Positions 49,387 to 57,918 of a stretch of 64,000 nt of DNA are shown here, piece after piece. Numbering within the stretch: the stretch's first letter is position 1; every line of letters starts with the position of its first letter. The stretch is taken from positions 760,654 through 824,653 of the forward strand of contig JBMNHG010000002.1 of NCBI GenBank assembly GCA_050950285.1. Direction: 5' to 3'. The DNA comes from Kiritimatiellia bacterium (GTDB lineage Bacteria > Verrucomicrobiota > Kiritimatiellia > RFP12 > JBMNHG01). Position numbers and translations under genes: made by a program. The notes beneath the pieces are model-generated. The model did no database searches and was not told the DNA's origin. It saw nothing but the letters and a program-made list of their open reading frames with translations.

Positions 49387-50238
49387 ATGAGAGGCAAATT
49401 GAAATCATCCGCAGTCGTCTGGCTCCTGGCGGGGCTTCTGCTGGCGGCCTTTCTTATGTGGAGTACGCATAGAAAACAGACTGCACGTCTTCCGGCTGCT
49501 CCGCATGAACGGGCGGCGGTCGAGGGCGTCCCGGCTGTCGCGCCGGAAGTTACCGGCATAACCTCTACGGAGAACGATTCTTTAGGATTCACTACTCATA
49601 CTCAGGGCGTTTCCACGGTGCGAAAGACCCAGTGGAAGGCGGCACTGCCCACCGGAATCACATTCACTGCCGGCGCATTAGGCGTTGAAAGGCCAGTGTT
49701 GCTTCCGCTCGTCGATGCCGTGAGCAATGCCGTCCTCTCAACAGACCGGATCCTGAAGGCGGGGGATTATCAGGTGAACGAGTTCGGCCGCTCTGTCTGG
49801 CTGACGTCCGAGGACAAGGAGCGATTAATCGTTTGGACCATCTTTCCGTACAGGACGAACAACGTGGTAGGCTCCGTTGAGGCGACAGCTTATCAGGACG
49901 CTACACTTACGCTGAAAGACCCTTCGCGCAGTTTCCGGATGAGTTTCCATCCTGAGACAGGAGCATTGCTCAGTTTTTCATGGGCAGATAAGCATGAAGT
50001 ATTGATTGTTCGGACAAACAACTGGGCAGTAAACTACGCTAGACATCTGAAAGATAAGAAACGCCTTGTTATGCGATGGGATGCCCAGGGAAATCTTGTT
50101 TCAAGCAATGTCTATGACTGGGCCAAACGTGGACGTGTCATTGGTGGCTCGCCGCAGTCGAACAAGACGGCCTACCGCATTGGGCCGACTTCTTCCGTGG
50201 AAGCCGCAACTGAGTCATGGCGTCGCAAGAATGAATAA
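49387..50238 (+). CDS. membrane-anchored small protein (284 aa), immunity candidate for toxin B tail
   Basis: ATG 9 nt after toxin B stop; N-terminal signal-anchor MRGKLKSSAVVWLLAGLLLAAFLMW; ~50% GC. Confidence 0.5.
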   Translation: MRGKLKSSAVVWLLAGLLLAAFLMWSTHRKQTARLPAAPHERAAVEGVPAVAPEVTGITSTENDSLGFTTHTQGVSTVRKTQWKAALPTGITFTAGALGVERPVLLPLVDAVSNAVLSTDRILKAGDYQVNEFGRSVWLTSEDKERLIVWTIFPYRTNNVVGSVEATAYQDATLTLKDPSRSFRMSFHPETGALLSFSWADKHEVLIVRTNNWAVNYARHLKDKKRLVMRWDAQGNLVSSNVYDWAKRGRVIGGSPQSNKTAYRIGPTSSVEAATESWRRKNE

Positions 50239-50345
50239 CGGTCGGATGTCTGGAAAGGCCAAGCAGGGGACAGGGAGTCGCCTTGAGTGGCAGAGGAACA
50301 GCGTTTTCTGCCTGTCTGTCTGAACACACATTAAGGGGTTTTTTG

Positions 50346-51170
50346 ATGAGAGGCAAATTGAAATCATCCGCGGTCGTCTGGTTTCTGGCGGGGCTACTGC
50401 TGGCGGCCTTTCTTATGTGGAGTACGCATAGAAAACAGACTGCGCGTCTTCCGGCTGCTCCGCATGAACGGGCAGCGGTCGAGGGCGTCCCGGCTGTCGC
50501 GCCGGAAATCACCGGCAAAACCTCTACGGAGAACGATTCTTTAGGATCCACTACTCATACTCAGGGCGTTTCCACGGTGCGAAAGACCCAGTGGAAGGCG
50601 GCGGCGCTGCCCACCGGAATCACATTCACTGCCGGCGCATTAGGCGTTGAAAGGCCAGTGTTGCTTCCGCTCGTCGATGCCGTGAGCAATGCCGTCCTCT
50701 CAACAGACCGGATCCTGAAGGCGGGGGATTATCAGGTGAACGAGTTCGGCCGCTCTGTCTGGCTGACGTCCGAGGACAGGGAGCGATTAATCGTTTGGAC
50801 CATCTTTCCATACAGGACGAACAACGTGGTAGGCTCCGTTGAGGCGACAGCTTATCAGGACGCTACACTCACGCTGAAAGACCCTTCGCGCAGTTTCCGG
50901 ATGAGTTTCTATCCGAACAGCGGAGAACTGCGCGACTTCTGTTGGGCTGATTCCCGTGAGGTTTTATTTGTTTATACTAACGGTCCTTTCTCTGTTGACT
51001 ATGCAAGACGCATCAAAGGGACGGTATCATTAGAGATGCGATGGGATGGGATGCTCAGGGAAATCTTGTTTCAAGCAATGTCTATGACTGGGCCAAACGT
51101 GGACGTGTCATTGGTGGCTCGCCGCAGCCGAACAAGACGGCCTACCGCATTGGGCCGACTTCTTCCGTAG
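50346..51170 (+). CDS. paralog of 49387..50238 with divergent C-terminal third and a 5-nt insertion frameshift near the 3' end (possibly decaying)
   Basis: First ~190 codons ~95% identical at nucleotide level; at ~51040 CGATGGGATGGGATGCTCAGGG versus CGATGGGATGCCCAGGG in the paralog puts the rest into the frame of spurious ORF 50066..50323. Confidence 0.45.
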   Translation: MRGKLKSSAVVWFLAGLLLAAFLMWSTHRKQTARLPAAPHERAAVEGVPAVAPEITGKTSTENDSLGSTTHTQGVSTVRKTQWKAAALPTGITFTAGALGVERPVLLPLVDAVSNAVLSTDRILKAGDYQVNEFGRSVWLTSEDRERLIVWTIFPYRTNNVVGSVEATAYQDATLTLKDPSRSFRMSFYPNSGELRDFCWADSREVLFVYTNGPFSVDYARRIKGTVSLEMRWDGMLREILFQAMSMTGPNVDVSLVARRSRTRRPTALGRLLP

Positions 51171-51229
51171 AAGCCGCAACTGAGTCATGGCGTCGCAAGG
51201 ACAAGCCAGATTAACAAGGAGAATTCGCG

Positions 51230-51703
51230 ATGCATCGTTATTTGTTTGTTTCAATATGCTGGCTTTTGGGTGCGTCTGTCGCATATGCGGGCGACACGAA
51301 TTTTGTGGCGGCTTTTAATGTGCGATGGCAAAGCAAAGACGCTTCGAACATTCTGGTTTTCATGGAAAATCAGGTTAACAGCAATCGGAATGTAGAGACA
51401 TTATGCGCCCGCGGCATTGTCGCTGCGGCTCTCCAGGAGTGGGGACGTGGAGCAACGAATTATCTTGGCCAGGCTATTAGTGCAACAGAGACCAGCCCTT
51501 TATATTCAACATCAGGGAAAGCGCGCATAGTCCGCCTGATCGGTAACGTCAAAGGATGTTTCGAGGCGCTTGCAGATGATACAGGTGAAGCGTCAAACTC
51601 CCAGCCATCGTGGAATACAAGCAGCCATGCCGCAATCTTCAATGAACTTGGCGCAGAAGTTCCCTTCCTTGATGTTCTGCAGGAAATTTCAACGGTGGAG
51701 TAA
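51230..51703 (+). CDS. small secreted protein (157 aa), immunity-array member
   Basis: Signal peptide MHRYLFVSICWLLGASVAYA; low GC. Confidence 0.45.
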   Translation: MHRYLFVSICWLLGASVAYAGDTNFVAAFNVRWQSKDASNILVFMENQVNSNRNVETLCARGIVAAALQEWGRGATNYLGQAISATETSPLYSTSGKARIVRLIGNVKGCFEALADDTGEASNSQPSWNTSSHAAIFNELGAEVPFLDVLQEISTVE

Positions 51704-51705
51704 AA

Positions 51706-51921
51706 ATGCGCTGGTTAGGGGTTATTGTGTTTTCGATCTTGTCGTTCGTGGTTCTCCTTTATGCGTTTCTGGTCATTGCAAAATACATGGCCAATTCTTC
51801 TGGCGGAGCACCAGCTTTGGGTTTCGGTATCCTCGCCATTGCGATACCCTTCGCGGTTTTAATAGGGATACCTCTTGTGTTTGTTTTGTTTTATGCAGTA
51901 TTGCGATCACGGAAAAAATGA
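51706..51921 (+). CDS. 71-aa two-TM membrane mini-protein
   Basis: MRWLGVIVFSILSFVVLLYAFLVIAKY...ILAIAIPFAVLIGIPLVFVLFYAV; starts 3 nt after previous stop. Confidence 0.4.
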   Translation: MRWLGVIVFSILSFVVLLYAFLVIAKYMANSSGGAPALGFGILAIAIPFAVLIGIPLVFVLFYAVLRSRKK

Positions 51922-52151
51922 GAGAATGGAGCTGGGACGCTGGCTGGGCTGTCGGCGGTGGTGCCGCTTATGGAACCACCGTCTCCAATCTCGTGGTGGA
52001 CATATGGGACGAGCACAAGAACGACGACAAGAACCAGAAGCTATGGCCCAACCATGCCCCGTTCGACAACTATGTCGCCCCGCAGTTCTTCTTTGGCGAA
52101 CAGGACGAGCGCTTCACCTCGCCCACTTTTCTTTACATGCCCATTCCCTGA
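51918..52151 (+). CDS. 77-aa Trp/Gly-rich mini-protein, translationally coupled (ATGA) to previous ORF
   Basis: MREWSWDAGWAVGGGAAYGTTVSNLVVDIWDEHKNDD...; ATG overlaps TGA of 51706..51921. Confidence 0.35.
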   Translation: MREWSWDAGWAVGGGAAYGTTVSNLVVDIWDEHKNDDKNQKLWPNHAPFDNYVAPQFFFGEQDERFTSPTFLYMPIP

Positions 52152-52163
52152 AAGGAGCAAGAC

Positions 52164-52634
52164 ATGAGAACTCACACCCACACCGCCATGCTTTCCACCT
52201 TTTGCCTTCTGGCATGGATGCATTTCGCGCCGCCGCTGCGAGCGCAGACCAACTTCTATGACCACGTCACGCGCATGTGGCTGAACGGACAGAAGCAGGA
52301 AGTGTACTGCATAGCAACCAACCGTCTGGCTGTCGCTTCAAACGATATTGCAGGTTTGGTGTTAAAGATGGAATACGAGCTTGCGCTCTGCGATTTTAAT
52401 CTTACCAATACATTGGCAAAGGCAGTTGCAGTCGGAAGTAATATTACAACAACCAACTTTGTCCAATTATATCCACTTCTCCAGCTTGAAGCATCAGACT
52501 TGCTGGTTTTTCTCGCAAGCTACTCGACCAATTGTCTCGCGGAAGACAGGGCAAAGGCGAGCATAACCAACAAGCCCATGACCTACAGGCGTTTTCTGAA
52601 AGCTATCGAAGACGACGGACTGCTAGGCAATTAG
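52164..52634 (+). CDS. small secreted protein (156 aa), immunity-array member
   Basis: Signal peptide MRTHTHTAMLSTFCLLAWMHFAPPLRAQ; its last 25 codons are duplicated at 45275..45353. Confidence 0.5.
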   Translation: MRTHTHTAMLSTFCLLAWMHFAPPLRAQTNFYDHVTRMWLNGQKQEVYCIATNRLAVASNDIAGLVLKMEYELALCDFNLTNTLAKAVAVGSNITTTNFVQLYPLLQLEASDLLVFLASYSTNCLAEDRAKASITNKPMTYRRFLKAIEDDGLLGN

Positions 52635-52655
52635 CACCGTCCAAAAAGAGTCACA

Positions 52656-53021
52656 ATGAGCCGTATTCACACTGCTGCGTGTTTGTTCGTTTTTGTAGGC
52701 GCTAGTTTCGCGTTCGGGGATGATGCACAATTCTCCGAACGGCGTTTATTGCTGGCGTCAAACTGTGTTCATTTGACAGAAAACAGTTATATTCCTTTGC
52801 GTACCGAACTCAGCAACTATACTGCTGTGTGTACCAATGTCGACAATCTGGCCGAGAGTCGCCTTCTCCTTGCGACGATCCTGACGGAATCCAGCAAAAC
52901 CAATGATTTATATCAGGCGATTGATTTATGCATGGCGATAACACAACAAGCCACCCAAGAGTGGCAGCGAGCGCTAGGTCATTTCGGGCTTTCTCATGCG
53001 CATGGGTGTGCCAAGAACTAG
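52656..53021 (+). CDS. small secreted protein (121 aa), immunity-array member
   Basis: Signal peptide MSRIHTAACLFVFVGASFAFG; its first ~19 codons are duplicated at 45376..45420, where the paralogous copy is truncated by repeat copy B. Confidence 0.5.
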   Translation: MSRIHTAACLFVFVGASFAFGDDAQFSERRLLLASNCVHLTENSYIPLRTELSNYTAVCTNVDNLAESRLLLATILTESSKTNDLYQAIDLCMAITQQATQEWQRALGHFGLSHAHGCAKN

Positions 53022-53057
53022 GAGCAGCAAATCATTGTTGCAAGTAATGCCGTTCAT

Positions 53058-53279
53058 TTGTTTTCTACTAACGTAATGGTGCAATCAGATAATGCATTGT
53101 TGACATATCTGCGCTCAAGCGGCCAGAACTACTCTTATCATGATGGTTTGCGTTGCATGATTGTTCAGGGATTATGCGGCAAACGGCAATTCGATGACGC
53201 TAGAACGGCAGCAGCCTTGATCGAGAACATCAATTTACGTGTACTCATTGAACAATCAATTGATTTTTACGACAAATAG
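53058..53279 (+). CDS. 73-aa hypothetical cytoplasmic protein
   Basis: ORF only; low GC; MFSTNVMVQSDNALLTYLRSSGQNYSYHDGLRCMIVQGLCGK... Confidence 0.3.
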   Translation: MFSTNVMVQSDNALLTYLRSSGQNYSYHDGLRCMIVQGLCGKRQFDDARTAAALIENINLRVLIEQSIDFYDK

Positions 53280-53283
53280 CCAT

Positions 53284-53694
53284 ATGTGTTTCCATGAAGC
53301 GGAGGCCATCGTCGCCAGACTGGCGACGAACGCCTACTACACCGCCTGCGGGAGCACCGCCGGGATCACCGTCAACCTCGCGCCCTCCAGCCACGACCCC
53401 GAAGGCTACACGCTCAGCCTCGACGGCACTCCCATCGCCGACGGCCAGCCGCCCTGGCCGGTGTCCGTCAGCAACCTCGCCGCCGGCGCGCACTCCCTGA
53501 CGCTTCAATCCAACACCTTCCCCGACCTCGCGGACGAGGCCACGCTGTATGTCGTAGGAGTAGATCTCGACATTGACGCCAACCATGACGGCATCATAGA
53601 CGACGATGACGATGATCCGCTGGAGGAGGATGAGGGAGGCTATGTCTGTGCCAGCACAAACCGCCTTCGCGCAATCGCGGCAAAATCTTCATAG
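53284..53694 (+). other. orphan toxin C-terminal cassette: third copy of the pre-toxin junction (~88 aa) fused to a short novel poly-acidic tail; 5'-truncated relative to full toxin genes
   Basis: 53303..53563 ~identical to 48361..48621 (copy-B-type SVSNLAAGAHSLTLQSNTF); junction reads ATLYVVGVD then LDIDANHDGIIDDDDDDPLEEDEGGYVCASTNRLRAIAAKSS; in-frame ATG at 53284. Confidence 0.55.
53303..53563 (+). repeat. third copy of toxin junction segment (matches 48361..48621 and 43460..43720)
   Basis: ~260-bp near-identity, begins inside codons EAIVARLATNAYY. Confidence 0.7.
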
Positions 53695-53731
53695 ATCGCA
53701 TCGAGTTTAACAAGCTTTACACGGAGTTGCC

Positions 53732-54880
53732 ATGAACAGGCTTATTGTCAGCATTACCCTTCTTACCTGTTTCTGTTCTTTGGCCCATGCACAAGAACCG
53801 TCCGGGATGGACTGCGTTCGCGGATTGGATGCCGCCCTGCAAAAGGACGGGCTTTCCGGCCTGCTGGTTGCCGCGCGCGAACACCGGTGGCAGGCGCCGC
53901 GCATGCCTTCGAAGTGGAGTGTCGGGCATCGTCCGGGAACGGACGAACAGACAAGGGTTGATCTTGCCGCCAGGGAGTTCGGGCGGGAAATGGCCGTGCA
54001 ACTGGAAGCCGTTGCCACCTTGCTTCAACAGCTGCCGCCAGGCGATGAACTGCACCGGCAGGCGCTCCTGCTTTGCGACTTGTCCGACTGGTGCGCCTCG
54101 ACTCCGGGATACGGCAACCTTTTCCTCGCCCAGCGCTGCCTTGATCTCGCCGCCGTCGGTCTGGCGCGGCTTGCCGCGTCCCTGGACTTCCCGCTTGCCG
54201 GGTGCGGGAAGCTGGCCGCACGCATGACCCCGGCGTGGATGGGCGTCGAGGCAAGGGCGCTGACGTTGAACGGCGAGGCGGGAACGAACCTTTTCGCGGT
54301 CGGCGGCACGCAAGCGGACCTGGAGAAGACATGGGGCTCCGGCGGTTTCCTGATGCGGGAGAAGCGATCCGGCAGAACCCGGCCCGAAGGGCAGGCGCCG
54401 GGACGTGGCTTTGTCGAGACTCCGGCGCTCAAGGCCAATCTCGACTTCTTCGAGCGCGACGAGCCGGGGACGGAACCCCTGACGCTTGTCAACTCGTGGG
54501 ATGCCAGACGATACGAGCGGATCGTCAACGGATTGGAGTTGCAAAATGTAAACAAGGCTCTGGCACTCCTGAAGTTCCGCACAGTAATTGGTTGTTTTCC
54601 TGAAAAGATTGAATTCACCGAAGAGCAACTTCGTAAGCGGGACGAGGAAAGAGCCGCATATGCCAGGATGGGCATCAAGGTCAGTAGCATGTATGATGAT
54701 ATGCAGCCTGGTGCCGCCGCCTTTGAACAAGCATGGGATCAGCGAAAAGATAGGAACCCCAAAGACCACAACTTGGATGCGCGGGCATGGCAGGCCTATA
54801 GCGAGGTGAAGAGCGGTCAGTTCTTGGATCAGGACACGCGGGCGGTACGCATGGCCTTGCCGGCCACGAAGGTTCAATGA
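53732..54880 (+). CDS. secreted hypothetical protein (382 aa) downstream of orphan cassette
   Basis: Signal peptide MNRLIVSITLLTCFCSLAHA; no recognisable domain. Confidence 0.45.
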   Translation: MNRLIVSITLLTCFCSLAHAQEPSGMDCVRGLDAALQKDGLSGLLVAAREHRWQAPRMPSKWSVGHRPGTDEQTRVDLAAREFGREMAVQLEAVATLLQQLPPGDELHRQALLLCDLSDWCASTPGYGNLFLAQRCLDLAAVGLARLAASLDFPLAGCGKLAARMTPAWMGVEARALTLNGEAGTNLFAVGGTQADLEKTWGSGGFLMREKRSGRTRPEGQAPGRGFVETPALKANLDFFERDEPGTEPLTLVNSWDARRYERIVNGLELQNVNKALALLKFRTVIGCFPEKIEFTEEQLRKRDEERAAYARMGIKVSSMYDDMQPGAAAFEQAWDQRKDRNPKDHNLDARAWQAYSEVKSGQFLDQDTRAVRMALPATKVQ

Positions 54881-55097
54881 GCGAAGCAACCGCCATGAGC
54901 TTTGCCATGCGGTTGCGATCGGCATTCGTGCACCTCCCGTCCCAACGGATATCCTTGCTTTTCCCGCGTGGATGGAGACAATGTGTTCCCATGGAAACAA
55001 CCGGGTCCGTCGCGGGGCGACGGTGCGGTCTTCGTGCCCGTCCCCCTTTCCAGCTTCCTTCCCATCCGTCTTCCCCCAAGGAGAATCGCCCGTGAAA

Positions 55098-56090
55098 ATG
55101 AATCGGCTCGGCCGTACCGACATCGAGATCAGCCAAATCGCGCTCGGCGGTCTTTTCGTCGCCTCGTTCGCCTCGCAGTTCGAAGACGCGCGCAACGCGG
55201 TTTCCCGCGCCCTCGACCTGGGCGTGACCCACATCGACACCGCGCCCACCTACGGCAACAGCGAGGAGGTGCTCGGCAGGATCTTCGCCACGGAGAAGCG
55301 TCCGTTCACCCTTTCCACCAAGCTGGGCGGCCGCCCCGAACCCTTCCGTCCGCAAGACAAGGCGTGCCTGCGCACCAGTCTCGAGGAGAGCCTGCGGCTG
55401 ATGGGCAAGGACCATGTGGACCTGCTCATGATCCACGAGCCCGACCGTCCCGGCCAATACGACTGGTGGACCGACCGTCTCGCGGTGGAAGGGCCGGTGC
55501 TCGAGTTCCTCGAGGAGGTCAAAGCCGAAGGGCTCGTGCGATACACCGGCATCGGCGGGACGACCACCGCCGAGATGGCCCACATCTGCTCCACCGGCAA
55601 GTTCGACGTCGTCCTCACCGCCTTCAACTACAGCCTGCTCTACCGCGAGGCCGAACTGGAAGTCATCCCCGCCGCCGTGGCCGCGGGCATGGGCATCATC
55701 GTCGGCTCGCCGCTGCAGCAGGGCGCCCTCGCGCGCCGCTTCGACAGGCAACTCGACGATCCGGCGTGCTTCTGGGTTTCGAAGGTTCGCAAGGAGCAGT
55801 TCAAGGCGCTCTACGCGCTGTGCGACGAGACGGGCATCCCGCTCCCCGAGATGGGCATCCGCTTCGTGCTCAGCAACCCCGCGGTCCATTGCACGCTCAT
55901 GGGCGCAAAGGCGCCGGGCGAAGTCGAGCAGAACGTGGCCGCAGCCAACGCCGGCCCGCTCCCGGCGGACATCCTGAAGCGCCTCGACGAAATCTATGCC
56001 ATGGTGCCCTTCCGTCCCTTCGGCGAGCCCGCCGGACTCGGATGGGTCCTCGGCGACCCGGCCTCCTACGGCGGCCAGGGCACGCTGTAG
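55098..56090 (+). CDS. aldo/keto reductase
   Basis: LDLGVTHIDTAPTYGNSEEVLG, IHEPD, 330 aa. Confidence 0.8.
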   Translation: MNRLGRTDIEISQIALGGLFVASFASQFEDARNAVSRALDLGVTHIDTAPTYGNSEEVLGRIFATEKRPFTLSTKLGGRPEPFRPQDKACLRTSLEESLRLMGKDHVDLLMIHEPDRPGQYDWWTDRLAVEGPVLEFLEEVKAEGLVRYTGIGGTTTAEMAHICSTGKFDVVLTAFNYSLLYREAELEVIPAAVAAGMGIIVGSPLQQGALARRFDRQLDDPACFWVSKVRKEQFKALYALCDETGIPLPEMGIRFVLSNPAVHCTLMGAKAPGEVEQNVAAANAGPLPADILKRLDEIYAMVPFRPFGEPAGLGWVLGDPASYGGQGTL

Positions 56091-56128
56091 GCGGACCTTC
56101 CGCGGCCATCCGCGCCCGGACATTCGCA

Positions 56129-57109
56129 ATGGCGACCAACGCCACAGCCAACCCGACGCCGCGCGAGCGGTTCATCAACGCCCTCGAACGGCGCACGCCG
56201 TTCCCCGGCCCCGTCCCGCACTTCGAACTCGTCTTCTTCCTCACCATGGAGGCCTTCGGGCGCCTCCATCCCAGCCAGCGCATCTATGGCCAGTGGGATC
56301 AGATGGAGGAAAAGGAGCGCCGGCTCCACCGCGCCGACCAGGCGGATCTCTACATCCAGACCGCCAGGCGGTACGGCCACCATGCCATCTTCCTCCATCC
56401 GAACCCCGGCGATTTCGAGGAGACCTGCCGTCTCGTCGACCTCGTCCGCGAGCGCTCGGGCGACCGCTACTTCCTGATGATGCACGGCGACGCCACCTTC
56501 GGCATTCCGGACGGCACATCGATGGAAGCCTTCGCCTGCCGCATCGCGGACGATCTCGAAGGCCTCAAGCGCGACGCCGCCCGCAGCGTGGATCACGCCA
56601 TCGAGACCGCCGGGCGCCTCCGCGAGCGCACGGGGCTCGACGGCTTCGCCCTCTGCTCCGACTACTGCCTGAACACCGGGCCCTTCCTGAGCCCCTCGCA
56701 GTTCTCCGAGCTCGTCACCCCCTACCTCGCGCGCCTCATCCGGGCCTATCGCGACATGGGCTTCTACACCATCAAGCACACCGACGGCAACATCCTCCCC
56801 ATCCTCGACCAGCTGGTCCAGGCCAACCCCCACGCCCTGCACTCCATCGACCCGCAGGCCGGAGTCGACCTGGCCGACGTGAAACGCCGCTACGGCGACC
56901 GGGTCTGCCTCTGCGGCAACGTGAACTGCGGCCTGCTCCAGACCGGCACCGACGAGCAGGTCGTCGAAGACACGAAACGCGCGCTGCGCGACGGAATGCC
57001 CGGCGGCGGATACGTCTTCTGCACCAGCAACTGCATCTACACCGGCATGGCGCTTTCGCGGTACGACCTCATGCTCGACACCTATCGCAACTTCGGCAAC
57101 TACGCCTGA
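56129..57109 (+). CDS. uroporphyrinogen decarboxylase (URO-D) family protein (MtaA/CmuA-like methyltransferase fold)
   Basis: 326 aa; C-terminal DPQAGVDLADVKRRYGDRVCLCGNVN and TKRALRDGMPGGGYVFCTSNCIYTGMA typical of the URO-D/MtaA family. Confidence 0.65.
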   Translation: MATNATANPTPRERFINALERRTPFPGPVPHFELVFFLTMEAFGRLHPSQRIYGQWDQMEEKERRLHRADQADLYIQTARRYGHHAIFLHPNPGDFEETCRLVDLVRERSGDRYFLMMHGDATFGIPDGTSMEAFACRIADDLEGLKRDAARSVDHAIETAGRLRERTGLDGFALCSDYCLNTGPFLSPSQFSELVTPYLARLIRAYRDMGFYTIKHTDGNILPILDQLVQANPHALHSIDPQAGVDLADVKRRYGDRVCLCGNVNCGLLQTGTDEQVVEDTKRALRDGMPGGGYVFCTSNCIYTGMALSRYDLMLDTYRNFGNYA

Positions 57110-57130
57110 AAAACGGCGCGCCGTTTTTTC
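57110..57130. terminator. rho-independent terminator
   Basis: AAAACGGCGCGCCGTTTTTTCC directly after TGA of the URO-D-like gene. Confidence 0.55.
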
Positions 57131-57159
57131 CGGCCTCCATCGATTTCCCCTCCCCCGCA

Positions 57160-57918
57160 ATGCTTCATTTCGTCGCGACGCCGATCGGCAACCTCTCCGA
57201 CTTGACGCCCCGCGCCCGCGAGGCGCTGGAGCGCGCGGACCTGCTCGCCTGCGAAGACACGCGCCGGACGTGGGCGCTGCTCTCGTCGTGCGGGATCCGC
57301 CGCCCCGAGATGATTTCCTACCGGCAGGGCAACGAAGAGCGCGCCGGACGCATCATCGCGGATGCCGTGCGCGCCGGGCGCGAGGTGGCCTTCTGCACCG
57401 ACGGCGGCTATCCCGGCATCAGCGACCCCGGATACCGGATGGTCCGCCAGGCCGTGGACGAAGGGCTCCCCTTCGACATCCTCCCAGGCGCCTCGGCGCC
57501 CGAGCTGGCGCTCCTCTACTCGGGGCTGCCCACGTCCAGCTACACCTTCAAGGGCTTCCCCCCGCGCAAGCCCGGCGCGCTCCGCCGCTTCTTCGCCGAC
57601 GAGGCGGAAGCGCCGCATACGCTCGTCTTCTTCGAATCCCCCTTCCGCGTGGGACACTCCCTCCGTGCGGCCCTCGAGGCCCTGGGCGACCGACAGGCCG
57701 CAGTGTGCATCGAACTCACCAAGAAGTTCGAGCGCATCCACCGCGGCTTCCTGGGCGAGCTCCTCCCGCAGTTCGAGGGCCGCCCCGTGAAGGGGGAAGT
57801 CACCATCGTCGTGGCCGGCTCAAACCCCAAGTTTGCGCAGGAGAGCCCGGATGGCGAAGCGGACGAAACGACCTCCTCGCGAAAACCGCTGCGGCGGACG
57901 CCGTGTCGCGCGCCGTGA
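57160..57918 (+). CDS. rsmI: 16S rRNA (cytidine1402-2'-O)-methyltransferase
   Basis: LHFVATPIGNLSDLTPRAREAL...LLACEDTRRT tetrapyrrole-methylase-fold motifs. Confidence 0.8.
   Translation: MLHFVATPIGNLSDLTPRAREALERADLLACEDTRRTWALLSSCGIRRPEMISYRQGNEERAGRIIADAVRAGREVAFCTDGGYPGISDPGYRMVRQAVDEGLPFDILPGASAPELALLYSGLPTSSYTFKGFPPRKPGALRRFFADEAEAPHTLVFFESPFRVGHSLRAALEALGDRQAAVCIELTKKFERIHRGFLGELLPQFEGRPVKGEVTIVVAGSNPKFAQESPDGEADETTSSRKPLRRTPCRAP

Noticed and set aside
40430-53700. Toxin locus as Rhs/YD-repeat, CDI (CdiA), MafB or T6SS/T7SS effector locus
   Set aside because: No YD repeats or DPxGL, no FHA-1/VENN, no PAAR/VgrG/Hcp, no LXG/WXG100, and no two-partner-secretion TpsB gene nearby. The architecture is analogous but the family appears distinct. 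Hence reported as a candidate new system, not assigned to a known one.
40430-53700. Prophage or integrative mobile element
   Set aside because: No integrase, transposase, phage structural or att-like features seen. The composition shift is confined to toxin tails and small partner genes.
54681-56129. 482-aa minus-strand ORF over the AKR gene
   Set aside because: Antisense to a clear aldo/keto reductase.
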